In this document: positions 45,085 to 54,108 of the stretch, in pieces
Numbering within the stretch: position 1 is the stretch's first letter
Layout of the letters: the number at the start of each line of letters is the position of its first letter
Virus record (IMG/VR): IMGVR_UViG_3300045988_123515
Span: 1-64,000 of that record
Origin: a virus
Direction: 5' to 3' (one strand)
DNA: 64,000 bases
The notes under the pieces: model-generated
What the model saw: the letters and a program-made list of their open reading frames with translations, nothing else
Databases searched by the model: none
What the model was told of the DNA's origin: nothing
Translations under genes and position numbers: made by a program

Positions 45085-45954
45085 ATGAAAAAAAGCAAAA
45101 AGTTATTATCAATTATGACTGTGTTGTTACTGATTGTGTGCATGGCAGTTCCTGTGTCCGCTGCAACAAAAATCAGTAAGAAAAAAGCAACATTAAAAGT
45201 CGGGCAAACATTGCAATTGAAAGTAACTGGAACGAAAAAGAAACCAAAATGGACAAGTAGCAAGAAGTCTGTGGCAACAGTATCTTCTAAAGGGCGAGTT
45301 AAAGCCAAGAAAAAAGGGACTGCCACAATTACTGCAAAAGTAGGCAAAAAGAAATACACTTGCAAAGTCACCGTGAAAAATGCAAAAAATAACACAAATA
45401 AAAAGCCACAGAATTATGGTGTGACATATTACACTGAATCTACAGACTATGGAGCTATAGCCATATTTGAAAACCACTATGATTACCCTGTGAGTTTAAG
45501 TGCAGAATTTGTATATTATCTAAATGGATACATGGTGGGAGCAGAAAGGGATACAAACTATGCGTTTGCGCCACATACAAAGTGTGCGCTTCAAGGGTGG
45601 AATTATGATAAGGAGTGGGATTCATACAAAATAAACCTCACAATCAAGAAAGCTGGATCAAACCTCATTTACAACAATTCCGGAATACGCTATAAAGCAA
45701 ATTTTGGCATGGGAAATGTTATGGTTCAGGTTGATAATAAGGGAAAGAAAAATTATTTTACAGAAATTGCGGTTGTATTTTATCAGAACGGAAGAATGGT
45801 TGGGTATGAGCATCGGTTTGCAGATGTAAAAACACCTGGCTCTACAGCGTATCTTGAATTTAGTTTTCCTCACGGGAGAGATTACAAAACTATAACACCA
45901 GACCGATACGAAGTGTACGTAAACAGTTCGTATACATATGATTGGATTAAATAA
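45085..45954 (+). CDS. secreted Big_2 (bacterial Ig-like) domain protein
   Basis: Signal peptide MKKSKKLLSIMTVLLLIVCMAVPVSA. Big_2 motif ATLKVGQTLQLKVTG..WTSSKKSVATVSSKGRVKAKKKGTATITAKV. Confidence 0.7.
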   Translation: MKKSKKLLSIMTVLLLIVCMAVPVSAATKISKKKATLKVGQTLQLKVTGTKKKPKWTSSKKSVATVSSKGRVKAKKKGTATITAKVGKKKYTCKVTVKNAKNNTNKKPQNYGVTYYTESTDYGAIAIFENHYDYPVSLSAEFVYYLNGYMVGAERDTNYAFAPHTKCALQGWNYDKEWDSYKINLTIKKAGSNLIYNNSGIRYKANFGMGNVMVQVDNKGKKNYFTEIAVVFYQNGRMVGYEHRFADVKTPGSTAYLEFSFPHGRDYKTITPDRYEVYVNSSYTYDWIK

Positions 45955-45991
45955 ACCAAAACAGCAAAAAGTCACGAAGCAAGAATATTAA

Positions 45992-46125
45992 TTGATACTT
46001 AAAGATACTGAATGATACTGCTGTTTTGTGATAAAATATAGAATCATAAAGCGTTTACCTGTACGGGTAGGCGCTTTTTTTATATCACGAAACTGTTTAA
46101 GGGAGCAAATGCTCTCTTTTTTTAT
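45992..46125 (+). promoter_or_regulatory. late cassette copy 3 (with two tandem hairpin/T-runs)
   Basis: TTGATAC-N5-GATACTGAATGATAC-N12-ATAAAA, then stem AAGCG..GCGCTT plus T7, then GAGCA/TGCTC plus T7. Confidence 0.55.
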
Positions 46126-46137
46126 GGAGAAAATCAC

Positions 46138-46503
46138 ATGGCAGCAGAAATAATGTTGAAAGTAAATGGTGTAGCGGTTAGATGCCCGTCAAAATTTGAG
46201 TGGGGCTTGCAAGATGTATCTGCATCTGAATCAGGGCGAACCGATGATGCTTTGATGCATAAAAACAGAGTTGCACAAAAAAGGAAAATAAGTCTTGGGT
46301 GGAACGGTCTTGGATGGGCTGAAACATCCAAAGTATTACAAGTGTTTAATCCTGAATACATAAGCGTAACATATCCCGATATGTTGTCTGGAAAATACGA
46401 AACCAGAACATTTTATGTTGGAGATCGTTCAGCACCAGTCAAATGGTGGTGGATTGGGAATCAAAGAACTGAATCTGTTGAATTTGATATTATTGAAAGG
46501 TAG
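46138..46503 (+). CDS. distal tail protein-like (putative)
   Basis: Sits at the head of the tail-tip operon. 121 aa. Confidence 0.35.
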   Translation: MAAEIMLKVNGVAVRCPSKFEWGLQDVSASESGRTDDALMHKNRVAQKRKISLGWNGLGWAETSKVLQVFNPEYISVTYPDMLSGKYETRTFYVGDRSAPVKWWWIGNQRTESVEFDIIER

Positions 46504-46506
46504 AAA

Positions 46507-49344
46507 ATGAGAAGTATTTCAAGCGATTTTAAAAATGAGCAAGATTCCGGGAATAGAAATTATCTAAAGTATGCAGATGTAACACTAATTGATGGAACAG
46601 TATTTAATTTCACAAATAAGGAATTATGGCAAAATGGTCTGTCGTTTGAAAGTGATACATCCAATTCAGGGAGTTTTGACATCGGGTCTGCAATGATAAG
46701 TAAGCTTACTTTGCAAATTAACAATTTTGATGGGACGTACTCAAAATATGATTTTAACAACGCTAAAGTTGTGGCATATGTTGGATTGCAACTCACGGAT
46801 AGAATAGAAAAAATAAAAATCTGTACAGCCACAGTAACAGATGCACCATATCAGAACAATGTAATCCTGTCGCTTACGTGCGAAGATAACATGGCAAAAT
46901 TTGACCGTGATTATTCTGAAAGCAAACTGATATATCCGGCAACCAGATTGCAGATTGTTCAGGATATTTGCTCTGTTTGTGGTGTTTCTTTGCAAACAAC
47001 ATCTTTTGCAAATAGTGATTATATCGTTCCTGAACGTCCAGAGGATGAAAACCTTACGTGCAGACAAGTTTTAGCATGGGTGGCGCAGATTGGATGCCAG
47101 TGGGCTAAATGTGATGCAGATGGAAAACTTAATATTGGATGGTACAAAACAGAACCACTTGATTCTGACTATATCAGCATTGAGCATACTAATGGCTTTA
47201 CACCATATTTGGATGATGTTGTAATTACAGGGATCCAGGTTACTGAATACCTGAAATCAAATTCATCTGAGAAAAAAGCAAAATCATACCTATATGGAAA
47301 AACAGGATACGTGCTGAGCATCAGTGATAATAAATTAATTCCAGAGGGCACTGGCGAAACAGTAGCATCTATGATTGGCCAGAAATGTATTGGAATGTCT
47401 TTTAGACCGTTTACAGCCCAATGCTTGACAGATATATCACTGGAAGAGGGAGATCCGGTAAAAATCATATCCAGAGATGGAACAGAATACAAAAGTTATC
47501 TTACATCTGTTAGATTACAGCCTGGTACATTTGAGGACATATCTTGTGAAGCCAAAAGTCCGGCAAGGAACAGCCGAAAGCAATACTCGTTACTATCACA
47601 AGCAATGGTAGAAGCTAGGCAATCCGTACACCAGGAAAAGACAGCAAGAGAACTAGCAATTGAACAGCTTGGACAAAAAATAGAAGAATCATCTGGTGTG
47701 TATACAACTGTTGTAAAACCAGAAACAGGCGGTAATATCTATTATTTGCACAATAGACCCAAACTAGAAGATTCTGATATGGTGTGGAAAATGACCGCAG
47801 AAGCATGGGGAGTGTCTACTTCTAAAGATTCAGACGGTAATTTTATCTGGAATGCCGGAATGACAGTGGATGGAGATACCATTGTTCGTATTTTGACTGC
47901 AACCGGAGTAAATGCAGACTGGATTAACGCAGGTGAAATCCTTGTGAAGGACAATAACGGTAATACTATTTTCTCTGTCAATATGGACACAAAATCCGTA
48001 TATATTGATGGTTCTTCCGTGACTATCGGTGGGAAGCCTCTTGAGCAGACGTTATCCGAACTTAACAGCAAAATTTCTGACAGTTTGCCAATAGCAATGT
48101 CTTTAACCTGTGATTTTAAAGGGATTACAGTAGATGCAGATGGAAATTATGAAACATTTCCAGACGGGATTTCAACTTCCCCAATAGTGGTTTTAGGGGC
48201 ACAGGATATTACAGCAAATTGTGCTTATACAATCACAAAATCAGATTCAATTACTGGAACATGGAACAATGCTACAAGAACATACACGGTTACTGGATTG
48301 ACTGCTGATGATGGATGGGTGGATATCAGGGCAACATATCTGACCAATATTATTATCACAAAACGTTTTTCGGTATCTAAGGTGTACAGTGGGCAGAGCG
48401 GCGTAACATACGGATTAATGACTTCAAGCCCAATTATCAAAAAAACGTCACAATCAGAACTAACACCAACATATGTTGATTTTACGGCATATTACACAAT
48501 TGGAAAAGACATGACAAAATATTTTCTCAATGGCCGGTTTGTTATTGAAGAAGTATTGAATGATGATGGTGTATGGAGAACGGTATACACCAGTACACAG
48601 GATGAATCAGAAGTGCGCCGGTCGCTGTATACGGTTCTGACTACCAAGGATGGAAAAGTCCCTGTAACAAAAGACGGAAAATATGCGCTTGGATATTCCC
48701 GGAATGTTACCTCTATCAGATGCAGGTTCTATGCAGCAGGCGGTACAACTCAGCTTCTGGGAGAACAGACATGTGCTGTTGTAGCAGATGCAACCGCTCA
48801 GCTGTCACAGTCAGATATCGTTGAGATATTAAGTGATGGCGGTAGGTGGAACGGACTGTATTACATTGATGGCAAGTTGTATATTTCATTCAGTGCGATG
48901 CTTGGTGGGGCACTTACACTTGGTGGAGCTAATAACGGAAACGGTCTGTTAAGACTATTAGATGAAAATGGAGATACAATAGCTACATTGGATTCTTCAG
49001 GTGCAAGTTTTACAGGACAATTCGTAAATAGAAAAGGCAAAGAATGGATAAAAATTCTGGATTCTATCATAACATCAGGATATGACGAATATGTAGATGG
49101 TCGTATTGATCTATCAGCACAGTATGGGGATGGGACAAGAAAAGTAGTTTTGGAATCTCTGACAAGTGATCTTGTGCTGAAAAGCGCAAGTGGGAAAATT
49201 CTCACAGGCGATGGAAGGGCTCTGATTGGAACAGATGTTTCAGGAGTGTATATATCAGAAATAAGCTATATGGATGATGTTGAAACAGGAGAAAGAAGCA
49301 TAATTTTTACATTTAGTGATGGAACAGTAAAAACTCTTGCATAA
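46507..49344 (+). CDS. tail-associated (Tal-like) / baseplate hub protein
   Basis: 945 aa, positioned after the Dit-like gene. The N-terminus resembles the prophage tail endopeptidase family by eye. Confidence 0.6.
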   Translation: MRSISSDFKNEQDSGNRNYLKYADVTLIDGTVFNFTNKELWQNGLSFESDTSNSGSFDIGSAMISKLTLQINNFDGTYSKYDFNNAKVVAYVGLQLTDRIEKIKICTATVTDAPYQNNVILSLTCEDNMAKFDRDYSESKLIYPATRLQIVQDICSVCGVSLQTTSFANSDYIVPERPEDENLTCRQVLAWVAQIGCQWAKCDADGKLNIGWYKTEPLDSDYISIEHTNGFTPYLDDVVITGIQVTEYLKSNSSEKKAKSYLYGKTGYVLSISDNKLIPEGTGETVASMIGQKCIGMSFRPFTAQCLTDISLEEGDPVKIISRDGTEYKSYLTSVRLQPGTFEDISCEAKSPARNSRKQYSLLSQAMVEARQSVHQEKTARELAIEQLGQKIEESSGVYTTVVKPETGGNIYYLHNRPKLEDSDMVWKMTAEAWGVSTSKDSDGNFIWNAGMTVDGDTIVRILTATGVNADWINAGEILVKDNNGNTIFSVNMDTKSVYIDGSSVTIGGKPLEQTLSELNSKISDSLPIAMSLTCDFKGITVDADGNYETFPDGISTSPIVVLGAQDITANCAYTITKSDSITGTWNNATRTYTVTGLTADDGWVDIRATYLTNIIITKRFSVSKVYSGQSGVTYGLMTSSPIIKKTSQSELTPTYVDFTAYYTIGKDMTKYFLNGRFVIEEVLNDDGVWRTVYTSTQDESEVRRSLYTVLTTKDGKVPVTKDGKYALGYSRNVTSIRCRFYAAGGTTQLLGEQTCAVVADATAQLSQSDIVEILSDGGRWNGLYYIDGKLYISFSAMLGGALTLGGANNGNGLLRLLDENGDTIATLDSSGASFTGQFVNRKGKEWIKILDSIITSGYDEYVDGRIDLSAQYGDGTRKVVLESLTSDLVLKSASGKILTGDGRALIGTDVSGVYISEISYMDDVETGERSIIFTFSDGTVKTLA

Positions 49345-49367
49345 TTAATTAAAGGAGGCACAGAACA

Positions 49368-49868
49368 ATGGCAACAAGCTTTGAACCAATTAAATTTGCA
49401 AATTTGACAGAAAAGACAACCGCACCGTCTGATGCAGACATTATTGTGATCGAGGATTCCACGGCAACCAAGAAAGCAAAATGGAGCAACCTGATAAGCT
49501 GGATTAAAACCAAACTAAATATCGGGTCAGCTGATATTTCCAGTATTGGTGACGGAACAGTGACAGGAGCAATAAATACGCTAAACACGAAGATAGACCT
49601 AAAAGGAACTTATCGGGCAAATGTGCCTGCCGTTGTTGCAGGAAACTTTGTGGGATTTCCATTTATTTCAATTCCTAACGCCAATTTATATAATATTGAG
49701 ATCACGGAAATCGCTATATTCGGCGGTGCTGATAAACCACATTTCGGTTGGAATATCTCCAAAAGTAAATTAGGGATTGGAATTGAAACAAACAATTCTG
49801 ATGCTGCGTTCTATTTTGGTACAACGCATCCGAATTGTTTTTGGACATTAACAATTAAGATATCATAG
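49368..49868 (+). CDS. tail fibre / receptor-binding protein, current orientation (constant N-terminus + variable C-terminus V1)
   Basis: 166 aa, the last tail gene. The inverted repeat lies at codons 72-76 (..NTKI). Confidence 0.55.
   Translation: MATSFEPIKFANLTEKTTAPSDADIIVIEDSTATKKAKWSNLISWIKTKLNIGSADISSIGDGTVTGAINTLNTKIDLKGTYRANVPAVVAGNFVGFPFISIPNANLYNIEITEIAIFGGADKPHFGWNISKSKLGIGIETNNSDAAFYFGTTHPNCFWTLTIKIS
49583..49595. repeat. IR-left of invertible segment
   Basis: AAACACGAAGATA. Confidence 0.85.
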
Positions 49869-49870
49869 TG

Positions 49871-50170
49871 TTATTGAACCCCATATACAGTTATCTGCCG
49901 CCCAGAACCACCGATATATAATCCGACCTGTATGTCGCTATTATAACAAGCATAACATTTGATTGTATCGTACTCACTTAACATTGCAGTGCGGTTTGTA
50001 CTATTACAAGTTTTAAAAATGCTGATCGGATAGATCGCGGGTGGGAATTGAGACATATTTCCGTCATTGATGCAGAATATAATGTATCTGTACTGCGTTA
50101 ATGATGGAACATTAAAATTCATCCATGCGCCAGCAGTAGTTGTGGCAACTAACTGTACCATAGACGCATT
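49871..50170 (-). CDS. silent alternative fibre C-terminal cassette V2 (no own promoter/RBS expected)
   Basis: The frame is open right up to IR-right. After inversion it reads ..NTLNTKI-NASMVQLVATTTAGAWMNFNVPS.. in frame with the fibre N-terminus. Confidence 0.6.
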   Translation of the reverse strand, partial: NASMVQLVATTTAGAWMNFNVPSLTQYRYIIFCINDGNMSQFPPAIYPISIFKTCNSTNRTAMLSEYDTIKCYACYNSDIQVGLYIGGSGRQITVYGVQ

Positions 50171-50183
50171 TATCTTCGTGTTT
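50171..50183. repeat. IR-right of invertible segment
   Basis: TATCTTCGTGTTT, the exact reverse complement of 49583-49595. Confidence 0.85.
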
Positions 50184-50238
50184 TGTGAATTAACAAACCA
50201 CCTCCTACATTCTAAAATGTTTGTGGGAGGTGATCTTT

Positions 50239-51240
50239 ATGACAGACATACGAAACACAATAATTAATAACGTGCTACAGGCGGTACAGCCATTGCTAGA
50301 TAGTCAGCAATTACAGGCTGTACAGGACGCACTCTGCATCCAGCTTGGCAATTGTGAAGTGCAGGAAAGGCACACGGAAATAACTGTAACAGATAATACG
50401 CCAGATGCAATGCTGGCCAGATATGTTGCCACAAAACGGATAGAGGGCAAGGCGGAATCTACTATCAAACGGTATCGTGATATCTGTTATATGATGATAC
50501 ATACCATATGCAAGCCTTTGCATGAGATTACAACCTATGATCTCAGATTCTATTTGGCAACTTATAAAGAGCACAGAAAAGTAAGCAACTGCACACTGGA
50601 TGGAATGCGAAGATGTTTCGGCAGCTTCTTTTCATGGTTGTCTGCTGAGGGAATGATCGGAAGGAATCCATGTGCAGCGCTGACACAGATCAAGTACACA
50701 AAAATAATGAAAAAGCCGTACTCTGCCCCTGAAATGGAGCGCCTGAAACAGGCATGTACATCCATCAGAGATCTTGCATTGATAGATTTCCTGTACGCTT
50801 CCGGATGCAGGGTATCAGAGGTAGTGCGACTTAACAGGACAGATATTAATTTCCAGACGCAAGATGCAGTAGTTTTGGGCAAAGGAAACAAAGAGAGGAA
50901 AATCTATCTCACTCCTGTAGCACTTATGCATCTGCAAGATTATCTGAATACACGGACGGATACGGATCCGTGCCTATTTGCAAGCCTGAGAGCACCGCAT
51001 AAGCGATTGTCAAAAGCAGGGATTGAGAGAACGCTAAAGAAGCTTGGGGAGAGCGCTAAAGTTACAAACGTACATCCTCACAGGTACAGGAGGACACTGG
51101 CAACCAATCTGTTAGACCGGGGAGCCAACATACAAGATGTGGCATCAGTCCTTGGCCATGCCGATCTTAAGACTACTCAAGTATATTGCTATATCAGTCA
51201 GAGCAACGTGAGAGCATCGTACAATAGATATACTGCATAA
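50239..51240 (+). CDS. tyrosine recombinase (XerC/D-like), candidate invertase
   Basis: Catalytic pattern ASGCRVSEV (R), GKGNKER (K), HPHRYRRT (HxxR), LGH and VYCY (Y). ATG 50239 follows GGGAGGTGA. The RBS can pair with the upstream CACCTCC. Confidence 0.85.
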   Translation: MTDIRNTIINNVLQAVQPLLDSQQLQAVQDALCIQLGNCEVQERHTEITVTDNTPDAMLARYVATKRIEGKAESTIKRYRDICYMMIHTICKPLHEITTYDLRFYLATYKEHRKVSNCTLDGMRRCFGSFFSWLSAEGMIGRNPCAALTQIKYTKIMKKPYSAPEMERLKQACTSIRDLALIDFLYASGCRVSEVVRLNRTDINFQTQDAVVLGKGNKERKIYLTPVALMHLQDYLNTRTDTDPCLFASLRAPHKRLSKAGIERTLKKLGESAKVTNVHPHRYRRTLATNLLDRGANIQDVASVLGHADLKTTQVYCYISQSNVRASYNRYTA

Positions 51241-51346
51241 CATACAAATCCAATTTTTACTCTGGGGAGTGCTCCAGAGTTGTTGTTGTGCCTGAAAATA
51301 GAAAACGAATGTTGATGCAAGAACAACGAGAAAAGAGGTATCTAAC

Positions 51347-52768
51347 TTGGAAATAAAAGGAATTGATGTGTCAAGCTATCAAAAGAAACCAGACTGGAAG
51401 AAAGTGAAACAATCAGGTGTGAAATTTGCAATATTGCGGATTCATCAACGCTCAGGGATTGATGCTAGCTTTGAGCACAATTACAAAGGGTGCTGTGATA
51501 ATGGTATTCTGGTTGGTGGTTATAAACTAAGCTATGCAACCACTGTCGCAGAAGCTGAAAAAGAAGCCAATGAAACTTTGGCAGTATTAAAAGGACGAAA
51601 ACTTGATTTTCCTATCTTTTATGACCTGGAATGGGAAACACAAAGAAAATTTAGCAAGTCCAAACTTGAAGCAATTACTTTAGCATTTTTACGTAAAATC
51701 CATTCTGCCGGATACAGGGTGGGAATTTACAGTAACGTAGATTGGTTCAATAATTTGTTCACACCAGCAATGAGGGATTATGATTGCTGGATTGCAAGGT
51801 ATCCGGCAACTGATAATGGCAAAATCGTTGAACGCCTTAGACCAGCGCAAGGAATTGGCTGGCAGTATTCCAGTAAAGGAAAAGTCCCAGGAATTGATGG
51901 TAATGTTGATATGGATGTATTTTACAAAGACTACAGGGATACAGAAACGAAAGGGGATGTAAGTGAAATGACAAAGAAAGAAGCGATTAATAAAGTGTTG
52001 TCTGTCGCAAAAGCAGAGATCGGATATCTCGAAAAGAAAAGCAACAGTCAGCTTGACAGCAAGACTGCCAACGCCGGAAGTAGAAATTACACCAAATATT
52101 GGCGTGATGTAAAGCCGTCCTATCAGGGACAGCCTTGGTGTGCATGTTTTGTCTCATGGTGCTTTATGAAAGCATTTGAGCAAGATAAAGCAAAGAAATT
52201 ATTGAGACATTGGCCATATGTTTATTGTCCAACATTAGGGAACCTTTTTGTAAAGAATGCTAATCCGAAAGTTGGTGATATTGTCATTTTTTACCACGGT
52301 GGAAGATTTACTCATACTGGAATTGTAACATCGGTAAACGGTGACAAATTTTCAACAGTTGAGGGCAATACTTCCGGGGCATCAGGAATTATCCCGAATG
52401 GCGGTGGTGTCTGTGCAAAAAGCTATTTAAACAGCAAATTGCCGGGAACAAAATTCTGTACGCCGGATTGGAGTATTGTAGCCGATACATCTACGGATAA
52501 TTCAGGAAATACAGCGGCTACAAAAGAAGATTCTAAACCGTCTAAAACGCCTAAGTTTGTCGGTAAGGTTACTGCTAATTCCCTTAATGTCCGTACATGG
52601 GCAGGAACAGAAAACGCAAAGCTTAAAAGCTATCCTATGCTTGCAAAAGGGAATCTGATTGATGTATGCGATACAGTTAAATCCAAAGACGGGAATCCTT
52701 GGTACTACATCCGTATTGCCGGAAAGTATTTCGGATTTGTATCTGCAAAATATATTAAAAAAGCGTAA
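51347..52768 (+). CDS. endolysin: GH25 muramidase + CHAP + SH3 domains
   Basis: TTG start. GIDVSSYQKKPDWKKVK..FAILR indicates GH25. QPWCACFVSWCF..H.GIV indicates CHAP. The C-terminal NVRTWAGTE..NPWYYIRIAGKYFGFVSAKYI is SH3-like. Confidence 0.85.
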   Translation: MEIKGIDVSSYQKKPDWKKVKQSGVKFAILRIHQRSGIDASFEHNYKGCCDNGILVGGYKLSYATTVAEAEKEANETLAVLKGRKLDFPIFYDLEWETQRKFSKSKLEAITLAFLRKIHSAGYRVGIYSNVDWFNNLFTPAMRDYDCWIARYPATDNGKIVERLRPAQGIGWQYSSKGKVPGIDGNVDMDVFYKDYRDTETKGDVSEMTKKEAINKVLSVAKAEIGYLEKKSNSQLDSKTANAGSRNYTKYWRDVKPSYQGQPWCACFVSWCFMKAFEQDKAKKLLRHWPYVYCPTLGNLFVKNANPKVGDIVIFYHGGRFTHTGIVTSVNGDKFSTVEGNTSGASGIIPNGGGVCAKSYLNSKLPGTKFCTPDWSIVADTSTDNSGNTAATKEDSKPSKTPKFVGKVTANSLNVRTWAGTENAKLKSYPMLAKGNLIDVCDTVKSKDGNPWYYIRIAGKYFGFVSAKYIKKA

Positions 52769-52773
52769 AATTT

Positions 52774-52805
52774 AAGCCCCTTGGAGTTAATCCTTGGGGC
52801 TTTTT
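52774..52805 (+). terminator. intrinsic terminator
   Basis: AAGCCCC..GGGGCTT followed by T5. Confidence 0.6.
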
Positions 52806-52839
52806 GCCATGCCAAGTCTTAAAAAAGTTAAAATAATAG

Positions 52840-52894
52840 TTGACTTCTAAATGACTTCATAGTATATTATAAGTAAGAAGTCAATATGACTTCA
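52840..52894 (+). promoter_or_regulatory. promoter with GACTTC operator-like repeats
   Basis: TTGACT (52840-52845), 17 nt, TATATT (52863-52868). TTGACTTCT and AGAAGTCAA form an inverted pair, and ATGACTTCA occurs twice. Confidence 0.5.
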
Positions 52895-52911
52895 AGAAAG
52901 GGGAAGTGCTA

Positions 52912-53109
52912 ATGATGAGTATCAAAACATTTACGTTAAGACTGACAGAAGAACAACTTGATTTTGTCGGTGAGAAGGCAAAAGAAATGGGGGTGAGCAA
53001 AAACGATTATATTCGCAGATTAATTGATGGAGATATTCGTGCGGACAAAGAGGATAAAATTTTACAGGAAATTATCGAAATCAAGAATATGTTAAAAGCA
53101 AATAAATAA
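52912..53109 (+). CDS. ribbon-helix-helix repressor (Arc/Mnt-like)
   Basis: IKTFTLRLTEEQLDFVGEKAKEMGVSKNDYIRRLI. Confidence 0.6.
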   Translation: MMSIKTFTLRLTEEQLDFVGEKAKEMGVSKNDYIRRLIDGDIRADKEDKILQEIIEIKNMLKANK

Positions 53110-53230
53110 AAAAGGATTCCTGCACCCTGGAAAAGTCGGAACCCTTTAAGCACTCAACGCACCGAGGTGGTCGGTATTGTCATTATATCTCCCTTCGGTG
53201 CATTTGTAAACACTGAAAGGAGATTTTTTT

Positions 53231-54037
53231 ATGGCAGATTTAAAGGTTATCGAAAATGAATTAGTTCCTGTGTACGAGACAAGTACAGGAGAAAAAGTTG
53301 TGTATGGTTCAGAATTACATAAAGTATTAGAAGTAAAAAGCCGTTATCGTGAATGGATTGAAAGAAGATTCGCTGATATTGAAGCCACAGAGAATGAAGA
53401 TTTTCAAGCCGCCGAAATTTCGGCACCTTCTGGACAGACCAAGAAAGATCACATTATCAAACTTGACACCGCAAAAGAAATGGCAATGCTTGAGCGCAAC
53501 GACAAAGGGAAACAGGTTCGCAAGTATTTCATCCAAGTGGAAGAGAAATATAAACAGACAGCAATTAATATCAATCAGCTGTCCCCAGAATTGCAAATGT
53601 TCAATCAGATTTTTCAGCAAGTAGCTAAGACTGAACTGGAACAGAAAAAACTTGCGGAACGTGCCGACCAACAAGAGAAGAATATGAAAACCATCATTGA
53701 TACTTTCAAGGGGACGGATTCTGATGTTGGCACAGAAAAGTGGGTGAACAGATGTATTTCAAAGATTGCCGAGAGTGACGATTTCTCTTACTCGTTCGGA
53801 AATAAATACGCCGCCGCCAGAAATGAAAGCTATCGCAGACTGACAGACAGAGCTGGTTGCCGTTTAGATCAGCAACTTAGAAATGCGATTTCAAGAGCCG
53901 AGGAAAGAGGTTGCACTAAAGCACAGACCAGCCAGATTAACAAGTTGTCTGTGATTATGCAGAATAAGCGGTTGAAAGATATTTATGTTAGTGTGATTAA
54001 AGAAATGATGATTGCATACAGAGTAGAAATTGCATAA
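53231..54037 (+). CDS. antirepressor (AntA N-terminal domain + ORF6C-like C-terminal domain)
   Basis: SELHKVLEVKSRYREWIERRF..ENEDF..LDTAKEMAMLERNDKGKQVRKYFIQVEEKY. The C-terminus is paralogous to that of the 55532 product (RAGC.L...LRN....E.GCTK). Confidence 0.65.
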   Translation: MADLKVIENELVPVYETSTGEKVVYGSELHKVLEVKSRYREWIERRFADIEATENEDFQAAEISAPSGQTKKDHIIKLDTAKEMAMLERNDKGKQVRKYFIQVEEKYKQTAININQLSPELQMFNQIFQQVAKTELEQKKLAERADQQEKNMKTIIDTFKGTDSDVGTEKWVNRCISKIAESDDFSYSFGNKYAAARNESYRRLTDRAGCRLDQQLRNAISRAEERGCTKAQTSQINKLSVIMQNKRLKDIYVSVIKEMMIAYRVEIA

Positions 54038-54108
54038 TTTAAAAAAATATAGAAAAATATACATCCATGGGTCAACTGTTTTTTTCTTAAATTGGAGGGA
54101 TTTTCTAT

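Larger units (their letters stand above)
49583..50183. mobile_element. candidate 601-bp invertible DNA segment (fibre C-terminus switch)
   Basis: Bounded by exact 13-bp inverted repeats. Contains two convergent C-terminal coding cassettes whose stops are 2 nt apart. Confidence 0.65.

Noticed and set aside
45039-45477. Antisense ORFs 45039..45395 and 45193..45477
   Set aside because: They are shadows of the K-rich Big_2 protein gene, which has a clear signal peptide and RBS.
49368-51240. Diversity-generating retroelement as the source of fibre variation
   Set aside because: No reverse transcriptase and no template/variable repeat pair appear anywhere in the window. The variation signal is an exact inverted repeat with two complete alternative cassettes.
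50239-51240. Tyrosine recombinase as the prophage integrase
   Set aside because: This is not excluded, but I think it less likely. A large serine recombinase is present elsewhere, and this gene sits 55 nt from the right inverted repeat of the fibre segment. I kept it as an alternative in the finding.
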